Assembly: GCA_034429995.1 (NCBI GenBank)
Contig: DAOUEZ010000033.1
Span: 22,294-86,293 of the forward strand
DNA length: 64,000 nucleotides
Reading direction: 5' to 3'
Source of the DNA: Dehalococcoidia bacterium
Lineage (GTDB): Bacteria; Chloroflexota; Dehalococcoidia; SM23-28-2
Every line of letters begins with the position of its first letter. Within the stretch, counting starts at the first letter, position 1. Both the position numbers and the translations under genes were made by a program. Shown piece after piece: positions 39,250 through 47,606 of the stretch. The notes beneath the pieces were generated by a model. It ran no database searches, was not told where the DNA came from, and worked only from the letters and a program-made list of their open reading frames with translations.

Positions 39250-39338
39250 CTTTGTCTAGAAGTCACTGCTCACTGGCCCCTGTCCTTGGGGCAGACACAT
39301 CCCCCTCCACTGCCATCGTGGTAGGGCTACCGTAGCAC

Positions 39339-39365
39339 GATTATATCATTGTATAGGCACTGCTA
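39339..39365 (-). promoter_or_regulatory. Candidate promoter for the galactoside ABC operon (minus strand TTAGCA-N15-TATAAT).
   Basis: Minus-strand 'TTAGCAGTGCCTATACAATGATATAATCG' lies ~90 nt upstream of ATG 39249. Confidence 0.35.
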
Positions 39366-39446
39366 ACGCCGAGAGTCTGACCGGCGACGAGGCTCGCGAC
39401 GCCGAGGCCTGAGAAGAGGTCGGTGTTAGCGATGTGCTGGGCTGTG

Positions 39447-39583
39447 GGATCTGGAGGGCCGGGTGGGATTCGAACCCACGACTCCCAGCTTGTCAATCAG
39501 GACGTTGTTAGGCAATCAAGGCCGGCCCAAACAGCTCACCGCGTCAACCCTCCGGAGACGCACGACATTCTGGCACCCCACAG
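39447..39583 (-). repeat. Copy A of a four-member conserved noncoding element family. The minus-strand 3' end forms a tRNA-like T-arm and 7-bp acceptor ending CCA, but the body does not fold as a canonical tRNA.
   Basis: Minus strand reads '...GTGGGTTCGAATCCCACCCGGCCCTCCA'; 5' partner 'GGGCCGG' is present. Shares 'TTGTCAATCAGGRCG', 'GGCYRGCCCARAYAGCTSAS...GTCAACYCT' and 'TGGCACCCCACAG' blocks with copies C and D. Immediately 3' of the GT-C/PA14 gene. Confidence 0.5.
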
Positions 39584-39606
39584 CCCTCGGCGGAACCGCC
39601 GACGGC

Positions 39607-42477
39607 TTAACCGGGCCGCAGGAACTGATTTCCGAGCGTCTCCAGCTCCACCCCCGGCCGCTCCCATGCTAAGAACACCCGGGAGAACCACGTCCTCCCC
39701 ACGTACTGCACCTCGATGTCGTGCAGCCCCTCCTCCAGCCGCACACCCCCCTCCGCGACACCTGCTTTTTCCACACTCACCACCTTGCTCCCGTCGATGA
39801 TCAATGTTGACTCGTCGATGGAGTCCAGCCGGAAGCGATACTGCCCACTGCTCGGCGCTAGCAGCTTCCCTGTCCAGCGAACGCTGAAGGGCTCGGGCAA
39901 CGGCGGGTCATAAAAACGGTATGCCACAAATGGGTCGATCTGCTCCAGCACTGGCTGCCCCGACAGCCCCGCTCCCTGATAGTAGCGCCCGAGCAATCCT
40001 GCCGCTGTCACTGGTGGGCCGAACAGAGCCGAGGCCGGCACCGCTCCCCACGGCACCGACTGGCTGCTCCAGTATAACCGTACCCGTCCAAGCTCCTCGA
40101 TTTGTGCCGCCACCTCCAAGTCATGGATGCCCCGCGCCAGACTGCCCCGCCATTCGGCCCGGCCCGTCCCCTCGGCTAGGAGCTGCCCGTCCAGCAGAAG
40201 TCGTGCCCTCCCTGGCGCCTCCACCCCCAGTGCGTACTCCTCGAACCCGGGCACCTTCAATACCCCTGACCACGTTGCCGAGAATGGAGGCTCCAGCGGC
40301 GCCTGTTCCGACCAGTCGAAGTCCACCGTCGCCGCCCGCTCCTCGACCTCTTCCCCTCGATCCGCCATCGACACGTACCTTGCGTCCAGCCCCTGCGCTC
40401 TCCGCACGGCGCCGGCTTCGATGATGGCTTCATACACCGTCGCCAATCCCTCCTGGGCCGACACCTTCGGCGGTCGAAACTCCTGAAGTTGCGCCGTCGG
40501 GTAGTACTGGCTCAGCAGACGGAACGTCTCCCAGGCTTCCCAGTCGAGCAGGAAGACGGTAGGCTGCTCCCCACCGATGGGCACATCCTTCACCAGCTCC
40601 AACGCCTTTGCCCGCTCCGGTTCGTCCGCCACGAACAGCAGCGTTGGGTGCCCCGTCATCATCGGCGATATTAAGAACTGATATGTGTCCCCCAGGCGGT
40701 TCATCTCCTTCGCTGCAATGGTCTGTTCAGGTGAGAAGCAGGCCCACACCGCCGTGTCCTCTAACTGCTTGTTGAAGAAGGTATCGTAATTCCGCTCCGC
40801 TACCAGCGAGAGCAGCGCCAGCAGCCCCACCACCGTCCCCCCCAGTAGGATCAGCCCCACTGACCGACTCCGCAGTGTTGTCAGCGCCAACCCTGGCAGA
40901 CGCCAGCCATGTCCGTCCAGCGTCGCTGCCTCCTCCTGCGCCCGCTGCTCCGACGCCAGACGCCATGCCAGCCACAATGGCACCGCCGCCGCCAGCGCCA
41001 CTCCCGGCGTCACCAACAGCGACCGCACCGCATGCGGTGCCTCGGTCTCGGCCGTCCCGATCCCAGCCCAGAGCGGGACCGCCACCCACAGCAGGATCAA
41101 GAAGTAGCCCGGCCGCCGGACATTGTACAGGCTGATGCCCAGCCCGAGCACAAAGGCGATCCCGGTGAACGTGTCTAACATCGGCGCCCACGGCAGATTG
41201 TGCCGACCGTTTCGGTCACCCTCTGCGTTGAACATGAGCGCGTGCCTCTTCGTGTTGCGCAGCAGCGCTTCGACGGTCTCGACGGTCGAATTCCCCTCGG
41301 TGATCGAGACCGCGCTCGCCCGCTCCGTGAACTCCGACGGATGCTGCGTCGCCCAGGCTGCGACGGGCGAAAAGGCCGCGAAGGCCGCCAGTGCCAGCAG
41401 CGCCATCCCGATGAAGGAACGGCGCAGCTTCACCGCCCGCTGGAAGATAGCTGTGTGCGCCCAATACAGCACCATGATGACGGGCACCAAGTACACCGCC
41501 CAATAGAATTGCAGCCCCAGCCCCAACAGGAGACCCGAAGCCAGGAAGTTCGGCCAACTGCCCCGCTTCAGCCCCCGCACAAGGAAGTACATGCTCGCGA
41601 CCACGAACAGCGGTGAGAAGATGGGCTCCGTAGCGATGCGGCTGAAGTTGACGTGCCAGCGCATCACGGCAAACAGGAACGTGGCTATGCCAGCGAGCCG
41701 AGTATCGAAAAGCTCCCGCGCCAGCAAGAACACGAAGGGGATCGTCAGGATCGCTCCCACCGTCGTCGCCGCCCGCAGGGACAGGATGTGCCGCCCGAAG
41801 AACTGTATTGCCCCGGCGAAAACGTACAGTGGCAGCGCCGCCCGATTGGCTCCCCAGACTCCTGTGATGAATACCGGGCGATAGCTGCTGTCGTCCAGGA
41901 TCCGCTCGGCAATGATCCCGTTCTCCGCCTCGTCTAGCCACACCCCGAAGGGATGGCTCGACAGCAGGTATGTCCGAAAGGCAATTCCGAGCCCCAGTGC
42001 CACGAAGAGCAGCCAGTATCGCCCGACGAGGCCCCACGCCCGCTCGACCAGCGGCAGCCTCGGATACAGATGCGAAACATGTGCGATAGGGCTTGCTCTC
42101 GGAGCCTCGGCCTCTGAGAAGTGGTGCCCCGCAATCGCTGCGATCGCCAACCCCGTCGCGATCGCGAATAGAATTAACCCCTGGCGCAAGTCCTCGGCGC
42201 CCTCTGTCGCCGCCTGCGCCAAGTACCCCACGCCGAAAGCCGACGCTAGCACCAGCAGCCGGACAGGAAAGCCCACAGGCGAACCCACCAGCCGTACGGC
42301 CGGGCCCCAGCTCTGACCCGAAAGACTGCCGCCTTGGCCGAAATAGCGAGGGCGTCTCATCGACTGTCCCGCTCCATGCTCGCCGCCCTCGACGTACCGT
42401 CCCTCCAAAATTCCGGCAGGGCCGCCGGGCGGCCCACTGGTTCTGGAATTTGTGCGCTTCGCAGTTTTCGTGACCAC
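39607..42477 (-). CDS. Polytopic membrane GT-C fold glycosyltransferase (ArnT/PMT GT39/GT83-like) with a large C-terminal extracytoplasmic region containing tandem PA14 domains.
   Basis: DE motif 'WLDEAENGIIAERIL' in the first extracytoplasmic loop. More than 10 predicted TM helices. C-terminal 'GLLGRYYQGAGLSGQPV...FSVRWTGKLLAPSSGQYRF...IDG...ERPG' matches PA14 domains. Candidate promoter TTGACA-N17-TACTGT 60 nt upstream supports ATG 42477. Confidence 0.6.
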   Translation of the reverse strand: MVTKTAKRTNSRTSGPPGGPAGILEGRYVEGGEHGAGQSMRRPRYFGQGGSLSGQSWGPAVRLVGSPVGFPVRLLVLASAFGVGYLAQAATEGAEDLRQGLILFAIATGLAIAAIAGHHFSEAEAPRASPIAHVSHLYPRLPLVERAWGLVGRYWLLFVALGLGIAFRTYLLSSHPFGVWLDEAENGIIAERILDDSSYRPVFITGVWGANRAALPLYVFAGAIQFFGRHILSLRAATTVGAILTIPFVFLLARELFDTRLAGIATFLFAVMRWHVNFSRIATEPIFSPLFVVASMYFLVRGLKRGSWPNFLASGLLLGLGLQFYWAVYLVPVIMVLYWAHTAIFQRAVKLRRSFIGMALLALAAFAAFSPVAAWATQHPSEFTERASAVSITEGNSTVETVEALLRNTKRHALMFNAEGDRNGRHNLPWAPMLDTFTGIAFVLGLGISLYNVRRPGYFLILLWVAVPLWAGIGTAETEAPHAVRSLLVTPGVALAAAVPLWLAWRLASEQRAQEEAATLDGHGWRLPGLALTTLRSRSVGLILLGGTVVGLLALLSLVAERNYDTFFNKQLEDTAVWACFSPEQTIAAKEMNRLGDTYQFLISPMMTGHPTLLFVADEPERAKALELVKDVPIGGEQPTVFLLDWEAWETFRLLSQYYPTAQLQEFRPPKVSAQEGLATVYEAIIEAGAVRRAQGLDARYVSMADRGEEVEERAATVDFDWSEQAPLEPPFSATWSGVLKVPGFEEYALGVEAPGRARLLLDGQLLAEGTGRAEWRGSLARGIHDLEVAAQIEELGRVRLYWSSQSVPWGAVPASALFGPPVTAAGLLGRYYQGAGLSGQPVLEQIDPFVAYRFYDPPLPEPFSVRWTGKLLAPSSGQYRFRLDSIDESTLIIDGSKVVSVEKAGVAEGGVRLEEGLHDIEVQYVGRTWFSRVFLAWERPGVELETLGNQFLRPG

Positions 42478-42543
42478 AGGAGAGGCAGAGCGACCGTCCC
42501 TCCCCCCCAGCCAAGCCAGAAGTCGCCCACGGAGATGGCTAAA

Positions 42544-42571
42544 CAGTAACTGGCAGGGGGCAGGTTGTCAA
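42544..42571 (-). promoter_or_regulatory. Candidate sigma70-like promoter (minus strand TTGACA-N17-TACTGT) for the GT-C/PA14 gene.
   Basis: Minus-strand 'TTGACAACCTGCCCCCTGCCAGTTACTGT', 60-90 nt upstream of ATG 42477. Confidence 0.35.
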
Positions 42572-42597
42572 AGGAGCGCTGCTGAACGGAAACGCCT

Positions 42598-42720
42598 CCC
42601 GAGGGGCCCTTTTCCGTATCTGGAGTCTGGAGGGTCGGGGGGGATTCGAACCGACGACTCCTGCATTGAGAGTCAGGAGTTCTTTCGCTGAGTTAGCAAC
42701 TCAACGGCATCAACCGTCGC
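42598..42720 (-). repeat. Copy B of the conserved noncoding element family (tRNA-like T-arm/acceptor-CCA at the minus-strand 3' end). Shares a 3' tail with copy D. Ends in a 6-bp hairpin 'CTCCTG...CAGGAG'.
   Basis: Minus strand '...GGAGTCGTCGGTTCGAATCCCCCCCGACCCTCCAGACTCCAGATACGGAAAAGGGCCCC'. ~40-nt block nearly identical to copy A ('GGAGTCGTGGGTTCGAATCCCACCCGGCCCTCCAGA'). Confidence 0.5.
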
Positions 42721-43007
42721 CAGTGGGGACACGAGATGATGTAGCACTCGACCAAGCGAGCCCCGACGACCTGCTTGGAGGGAAGAAGGTCACCCCGAAA
42801 CGCAGGCCTAATTGTTAACCCCTTAGATTCAAAAATCGGGATGGATTTCGAGGGCATGCGGCCGGCGGCGGCCGAACCCTCACCCCAGGCGCTCGCCCAT
42901 CCGGTCCGCCGGGCTTAACCGCACCATGCGCTGCTTATTCCCCTTGCCATGGCGAACCTGAATGCGCTGGCTCTCGAAGTCTACGTCCTTGAGTCGAAGG
43001 CTGTCGC

Positions 43008-44231
43008 CTACAGGGTAAGCTCAACGCCGCTGAGGGAGAGTTCCTCCTCTGTGACCATCCTCAATGGGGGGGCGGCGCTGACATCCATTCCGGGCTCGTA
43101 CTTGAAGATGGGGGCGAGTTGCCTATTGAGCATGAAGATCAGGCGGGACAACGGGATCTCCACAGGACAGGCATCCTCGCACTGACCGCAGTTCACGCAG
43201 GAATCCATGACGTGTACGGCCCGGATCATGTGGAACATGGCGTCAGGCGGGATCTCGCCCCTGGGCACTACGCCTCTGTCTGCCTCCAGATAGCAGTCCT
43301 TGCAGTAGCAGATGGGGCAGGCGTCCCTACAGCCAAAGCACTTGGTGCACTGGCTGAACTGGCCGGAAGGTCCGAACCAGTAATCGAACCGCTCCTCAAG
43401 ACTCATCGCCTGGAACTCGCCGAAATCTCTCTCCTGCCACTGCCGCGCCAGTTCGGTGGCCGCCCTGTCCTGTGCTCTCCTCGATTCGAGGGCCTCGGCG
43501 CTCGGCTGCTCCACTTTGATGTGGCCGCCTTCGACCGCCCTGTCGATGAAGTCGGCTCCTCTCTCGGAACAGACCTCTATGAACGTGGCCTCCCTACCCT
43601 CTGCTCCCCACTTCCCGCAGGCTATATCCGCCATGGTCGGGATGTTGATGTCGCATCTGCGGCAGTTCTCCCTCCGCCCGAGCCCTTTGGCCTCCAGCTC
43701 TGCCAAATCCCTTTCTTTCTCGCTGCCGTCCCGCAGCCTTATCTTCAGCTTGTCGTCCTCGATGTCCTCACTGGCAACATCGAAGGGATCCACGCCGAAT
43801 TCCTCTTCCATCATCCGCTGGGCTACCACCGGACGCATGGTGCCGGTGCAGTTCAGGCCGATGAGGAGTACATTCTCAAGGTTGATCTGGTTGCGCTTGA
43901 CCAGCTCGATGATCGCCTTGGCGTCGCACGGCTTGCAAGTCACGGCTACCCTCAAGTCGGAAGCACCGTCGAGGAATTCCTTGAGGCAGCGGGCCATGTT
44001 GGGGGAAACGCAGTGCAACGCTCCTGCCGTCGCCGCTACCTCTTCAGGATCATCGATCAGCACAGGGATGCCATCATACCTGTTGCCATCTCTTGCCTTG
44101 ACGGCAAGCACGGCATCGACCTGGTTACTCTCCAGGGCAAACTTGAGGAGCGAGGTAACCGCACCCCCGCTTTCGGCCCTGTCCACTATTGCCGGGTCTG
44201 GGGACCAAGCCCAGTAGGTATCCCCCTTCAT
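43008..44231 (-). CDS. FrhB/FdhB-family (coenzyme F420 hydrogenase/dehydrogenase beta-like) subunit with C-terminal 2x[4Fe-4S] ferredoxin domain; formate dehydrogenase beta subunit.
   Basis: N-terminal FrhB_FdhB-like region. C-terminal 'CTKCFGCRDACPICYC...CVNCGQCEDACPVEI' cluster motifs. Immediately downstream of fdhA. Confidence 0.65.
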   Translation of the reverse strand: MKGDTYWAWSPDPAIVDRAESGGAVTSLLKFALESNQVDAVLAVKARDGNRYDGIPVLIDDPEEVAATAGALHCVSPNMARCLKEFLDGASDLRVAVTCKPCDAKAIIELVKRNQINLENVLLIGLNCTGTMRPVVAQRMMEEEFGVDPFDVASEDIEDDKLKIRLRDGSEKERDLAELEAKGLGRRENCRRCDINIPTMADIACGKWGAEGREATFIEVCSERGADFIDRAVEGGHIKVEQPSAEALESRRAQDRAATELARQWQERDFGEFQAMSLEERFDYWFGPSGQFSQCTKCFGCRDACPICYCKDCYLEADRGVVPRGEIPPDAMFHMIRAVHVMDSCVNCGQCEDACPVEIPLSRLIFMLNRQLAPIFKYEPGMDVSAAPPLRMVTEEELSLSGVELTL

Positions 44232-44233
44232 GC

Positions 44234-46258
44234 CTACACCTCTTCCTTGACGGCGCACACCTTGAACTCTGGCATCTTGCTTTTGGGATCAAGAGCGGGG
44301 TTGGTGAGGATGTTGGCGCATGACTCCGAGAAATGGAAGGGCACAAATATGGACCCTTGTGGCACACGGCCGGTCACCTTGGCGGTGACCTCTATCCTCC
44401 CTCGCCTTGTCTCCAGGGTGATCCGACTGCCGCTACTGATGCGCAACCTGGTGGCGTCCTCGGGGTTGATCTCGGCGTACGCTTCAGGCACCTCGCTGTT
44501 CAGCGTATCTGTCCTCCGGGTCATTGTCCCTGTGTGGTAATGAAAGAGATTCCTGCCGGTGATGAGCACGTCGGGATAGTCTGCGTCCGGCACTTCCGCC
44601 GGAGGCTTGTACTCCACCGCCTGAAAATGACCCAGCTTGTCAGGCGTGCCGAAGGCCTCAACGAACATGGTAGGAGTGCCTGGGTGGTCCTCGGAAGGGC
44701 AGGGCCACTGAATGCCCCCCGCCTTCTTCTCCAGTCTCTCGTAGGTGATCCCCTTGTATTGGGGGACGCAGCTCCTGATCTCTTCGAATATCTCTCCCGC
44801 CGAGGCATAGTTGAACTTGTCCTTGTAGCCCATCTTCTCCGCCACTCTGCAAATGATCCACCAGTCGGGCATGGCCTCGCCGGGAGGGTCGATGACCTTG
44901 TTGATCTTCTGCACCCTCCTGTCCACCCAGGCGTGGATGCCTTCTCTTTCTACCCAACAGGCAGCTGGCAGCACCACGTCGGCGTGCTTGGCTGTCTCGG
45001 TCAGGAATATGTCCTGAACCACGAAGAAGTCGAGGTTATCCAGAGCCCTCTTGACGTTCGTAGAGTCGGGGGCAGCCATGACGGGGTTTGTGCCCACTAG
45101 GTAGATAACTTTGCATTTGTGAATAATGTCCATGTAGGTAAGGCCGGGTTCAGTGGGTAGGTGCTCTACCCCCCAGGCGTTCTGGAAGAACTCGGCGGAT
45201 TCCTGGCCTACTTGCTTGAATCCGGGGTAAAAGACATTGACGCAGCCCATGTCCCCTGCGCCCTCACCGTTGATCTGCCCTCTCATGGGGTTCACACCGG
45301 TCCCCGGCTTGCCGATGTGCCCGGTCAGAAGGGCCAGGTCGGCGAGGGCCGCCACATTGTCTGAGCCGGTGGTGTGCTGAGTGATGCCTTCATCAAAGAG
45401 GATGCAGCCCCTCTCTGCCTTGGCGTAGGCGATAGCCGCCTCTTTGATCTTTTCCGCTGCCACGCCGCTGATATCTGCGGCCTGCTCAGGGGAGGTGGCG
45501 GACAGAGCAGCGCGAAGCTCATCGAACCCCGCAGTCCTCGTCTCAATGAACTCTTTGTTCTCAAGGCCCTCGGCAAGGATAGCGCTCATCATGCCGTTGA
45601 TGAGCGCTACATCCGTGCCCGCTTGCAGTTGCAGGTGGAGGTCGCCCAGGTAGCTCACGGTCACGGTCCTTCGGGGGTCTATGACGATGACCGTGGCCCC
45701 CTTCCTCTTGGCCCGAAGCACCTTCTTGGCGATCATGGGGAAGGTCTCTTTGATGTTGACGCCAGCGATGAGTATGCAGTCGGCCCGCTCGATGTCGAGC
45801 TGGGAGGTCTCCATGGTGCCCGAGCCCACCGTGGGCAGGAGGCCGGCCACCGACGCCGAGTGGCAGAACCTGGCGCAGTATTCGATGCTGTTGGTGCCCA
45901 TGATGACCCGGGCGAACTTCTGCAGGACGTAAGCTTCCTCGTTGGTGCCCTTGCCGGAGGCGATGGCACCGAAGGACTCCGGCGGAACCCCCTTCAGCTT
46001 CTCGGCGACGAGGCTCAGCGCCTCTTCCCAAGAAGCCTCCCTGAACGTCCCATTCTTTCGAATCAAGGGCTTCTTGAGCCGATCGTCACTGTAGAGGAAT
46101 TTGTAGGCATTTTTCCCCTTGGGACAGTTTGTCCCTTCGTTGACCGGGTGTTCCTTCCACGGTTCCTCGCCCACTATCCTCCCGTCTTTCAGTACGAGGT
46201 ACATTCCGCAGCCGCAACCGCAGTAGGGACATATCGTCGGCACATATTGCAGATTCAC
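44234..46258 (-). CDS. fdhA: Molybdopterin (bis-MGD) formate dehydrogenase catalytic subunit, Cys-type (no in-frame TGA).
   Basis: N-terminal 4Fe-4S 'CPYCGCGCG'. 'ARFCHSAS' active-site region with Cys. MopB and C-terminal molybdopterin dinucleotide-binding regions. GTG start overlaps the upstream stop (GTGA). Confidence 0.85.
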   Translation of the reverse strand: MNLQYVPTICPYCGCGCGMYLVLKDGRIVGEEPWKEHPVNEGTNCPKGKNAYKFLYSDDRLKKPLIRKNGTFREASWEEALSLVAEKLKGVPPESFGAIASGKGTNEEAYVLQKFARVIMGTNSIEYCARFCHSASVAGLLPTVGSGTMETSQLDIERADCILIAGVNIKETFPMIAKKVLRAKRKGATVIVIDPRRTVTVSYLGDLHLQLQAGTDVALINGMMSAILAEGLENKEFIETRTAGFDELRAALSATSPEQAADISGVAAEKIKEAAIAYAKAERGCILFDEGITQHTTGSDNVAALADLALLTGHIGKPGTGVNPMRGQINGEGAGDMGCVNVFYPGFKQVGQESAEFFQNAWGVEHLPTEPGLTYMDIIHKCKVIYLVGTNPVMAAPDSTNVKRALDNLDFFVVQDIFLTETAKHADVVLPAACWVEREGIHAWVDRRVQKINKVIDPPGEAMPDWWIICRVAEKMGYKDKFNYASAGEIFEEIRSCVPQYKGITYERLEKKAGGIQWPCPSEDHPGTPTMFVEAFGTPDKLGHFQAVEYKPPAEVPDADYPDVLITGRNLFHYHTGTMTRRTDTLNSEVPEAYAEINPEDATRLRISSGSRITLETRRGRIEVTAKVTGRVPQGSIFVPFHFSESCANILTNPALDPKSKMPEFKVCAVKEEV

Positions 46259-46710
46259 GATGCTGCCCTCCTGAATGGGCTCGGCCCGAGCTGCTTGAGG
46301 GTCTCGACGAAGCTAGTGACGGTTTCCACCACCTTCGGCCCGTCGGAGGTTGAGATCCACTCCAGCCTGAGCCTGTCGCCGCCGATTCCTACGGCCTCGA
46401 GGAAGGGCTTCAAGCCTACCACTCTCCTCCTGGCGCTCAGATTGCCGCTATGATAGTGGCAATCTCCCGGGTGACAGCCGCAGACCAGGACGCCATCTGC
46501 GCCCAGTGCGAACGCCTTGAGCACCAGCCGTTCGTCTACCCTGCCAGAGCACATCACCCTGACTATTCTCAGATTCGGTGGGTACTGCAATCGCGCTGTG
46601 CCTGCTACATCGGCCCCCGCGTAGGAGCACCAGTTGCAGAAGAACCCCACTATGGTTGGCTCAAACCCGTTCGTTCTTGCCTCAACGTCATCCATGACTA
46701 TGCCTTTCAC
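46255..46710 (-). CDS. MvhD-like (methyl-viologen-reducing hydrogenase delta subunit family) iron-sulfur electron-transfer protein.
   Basis: 'FFCNWCSYAGADVAG...RVMCSGR...LVCGCHPGDC' Cys pattern of MvhD/FlpD. Confidence 0.7.
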   Translation of the reverse strand: MKGIVMDDVEARTNGFEPTIVGFFCNWCSYAGADVAGTARLQYPPNLRIVRVMCSGRVDERLVLKAFALGADGVLVCGCHPGDCHYHSGNLSARRRVVGLKPFLEAVGIGGDRLRLEWISTSDGPKVVETVTSFVETLKQLGPSPFRRAAS

Positions 46711-46838
46711 ATCGACGCTGCTTGGTCAGTCTGACCCGCGTATTCAGGCCCAGACTTATGGACGTATGCCCATAACATCCTAGGCAAGCAGGCGCTAAGG
46801 GTCAAGCCTCTTCTGGAGGTTGTCAGGAAGGTATTCGC

Positions 46839-47606
46839 CTAGAGCTCCGGCCTCCGTCGGCGTGTCTCTGCGACATCGATAGGCGTCACTTCGGGCCTGG
46901 GAGCGTCGTAGACGGTGACTACATTCGGAAGCCTGCCGAACTCCTCCCGTATCGCAGCCATCTCGTCCGCCGTCAAAGGCTTGACCGGGCAGGGGCGTAG
47001 CGGAGTGTTGATCTGCACCTCATCGGGGGACAATCTGCTGGCGATGGCGGCCAATCTGCCTGCGGCCTCTCGGTTGGCCTCAACGAACATGATCTGGAGC
47101 GCCAGCTTTCCCTTGTACGTTGCCCTGAAGAGCTCGATGGCCTCCACGATCTCCGCCAGGGAGAAGCGGGCCACCGGCCTGTTGATCCGCCGGAACAGTT
47201 GCTCATCGGGGGCGTCCAGCTTGGCAACGACCACGTCGGCACAGGCCAGGTCCCGCCGCACATCTTCCCGTGCCATGAGCGAAGAGTTCGTCAAGACCGC
47301 GCTAGGCAGACCTAGCACATCCCGAGCCAATCGTAGGGCGTCCCCCAGGTTGCTGGCCAGGGTGGGTTCGCCCATTCCTGAGAAGGTAACGTAATCAGCC
47401 GCTATGTTCCTGGCTGCCTCTAGCTCGCGAGCCAGAACACTCAGAGCGACGAAGTCGGCCCGCACCGTCAGCCGCCGCGCCGTCCTACCCAACTGGCAGT
47501 AGATGCAATCGAAGGAGCAAGTCGTCCCGCCAGCGGGCAAAAGATCGACGCCGAGCGACCTTCCCAGTCGCCAGGACGGGACAGGGCCGTAGAGGATCGA
47601 ACCCAT
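46839..47606 (-). CDS. Radical SAM domain protein (CxxxCxxC); candidate maturation/activation factor for the downstream Fdh-MvhD module.
   Basis: 'CSFDCIYCQ' cluster motif 30 aa from the N-terminus. 'GMGEPTL' SAM-binding motif. 255 aa. Confidence 0.55.
   Translation of the reverse strand: MGSILYGPVPSWRLGRSLGVDLLPAGGTTCSFDCIYCQLGRTARRLTVRADFVALSVLARELEAARNIAADYVTFSGMGEPTLASNLGDALRLARDVLGLPSAVLTNSSLMAREDVRRDLACADVVVAKLDAPDEQLFRRINRPVARFSLAEIVEAIELFRATYKGKLALQIMFVEANREAAGRLAAIASRLSPDEVQINTPLRPCPVKPLTADEMAAIREEFGRLPNVVTVYDAPRPEVTPIDVAETRRRRPEL

Noticed and set aside
39447-39527. Calling element A a bona fide tRNA gene
   Set aside because: Only the T-arm, acceptor stem and CCA can be drawn. The putative D-loop lacks GG and would have a 3-bp stem. 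No 5-bp anticodon stem with a 7-nt loop can be formed around any anticodon. The sequence continues into blocks shared with non-tRNA-like copies. Left as tRNA-like element pending tRNAscan/Infernal.
41216-42514. 432-aa ORF in another frame of the GT-C/PA14 gene
   Set aside because: Same strand but alternative frame. Gly/Arg-rich nonsense, whereas the long frame encodes TM helices and PA14 motifs.
44234-46258. Possible selenocysteine (TGA) in the formate dehydrogenase catalytic subunit
   Set aside because: The ORF is uninterrupted and the active-site position reads Cys ('ARFCHSAS'). No in-frame TGA or downstream SECIS-like hairpin is needed.
43119-46453. Long plus-strand ORFs (43119..44540, 45374..46453) antisense to fdhB/fdhA
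   Set aside because: FdhA/FdhB have diagnostic cofactor-binding motifs on the minus strand. Plus-strand frames are featureless.
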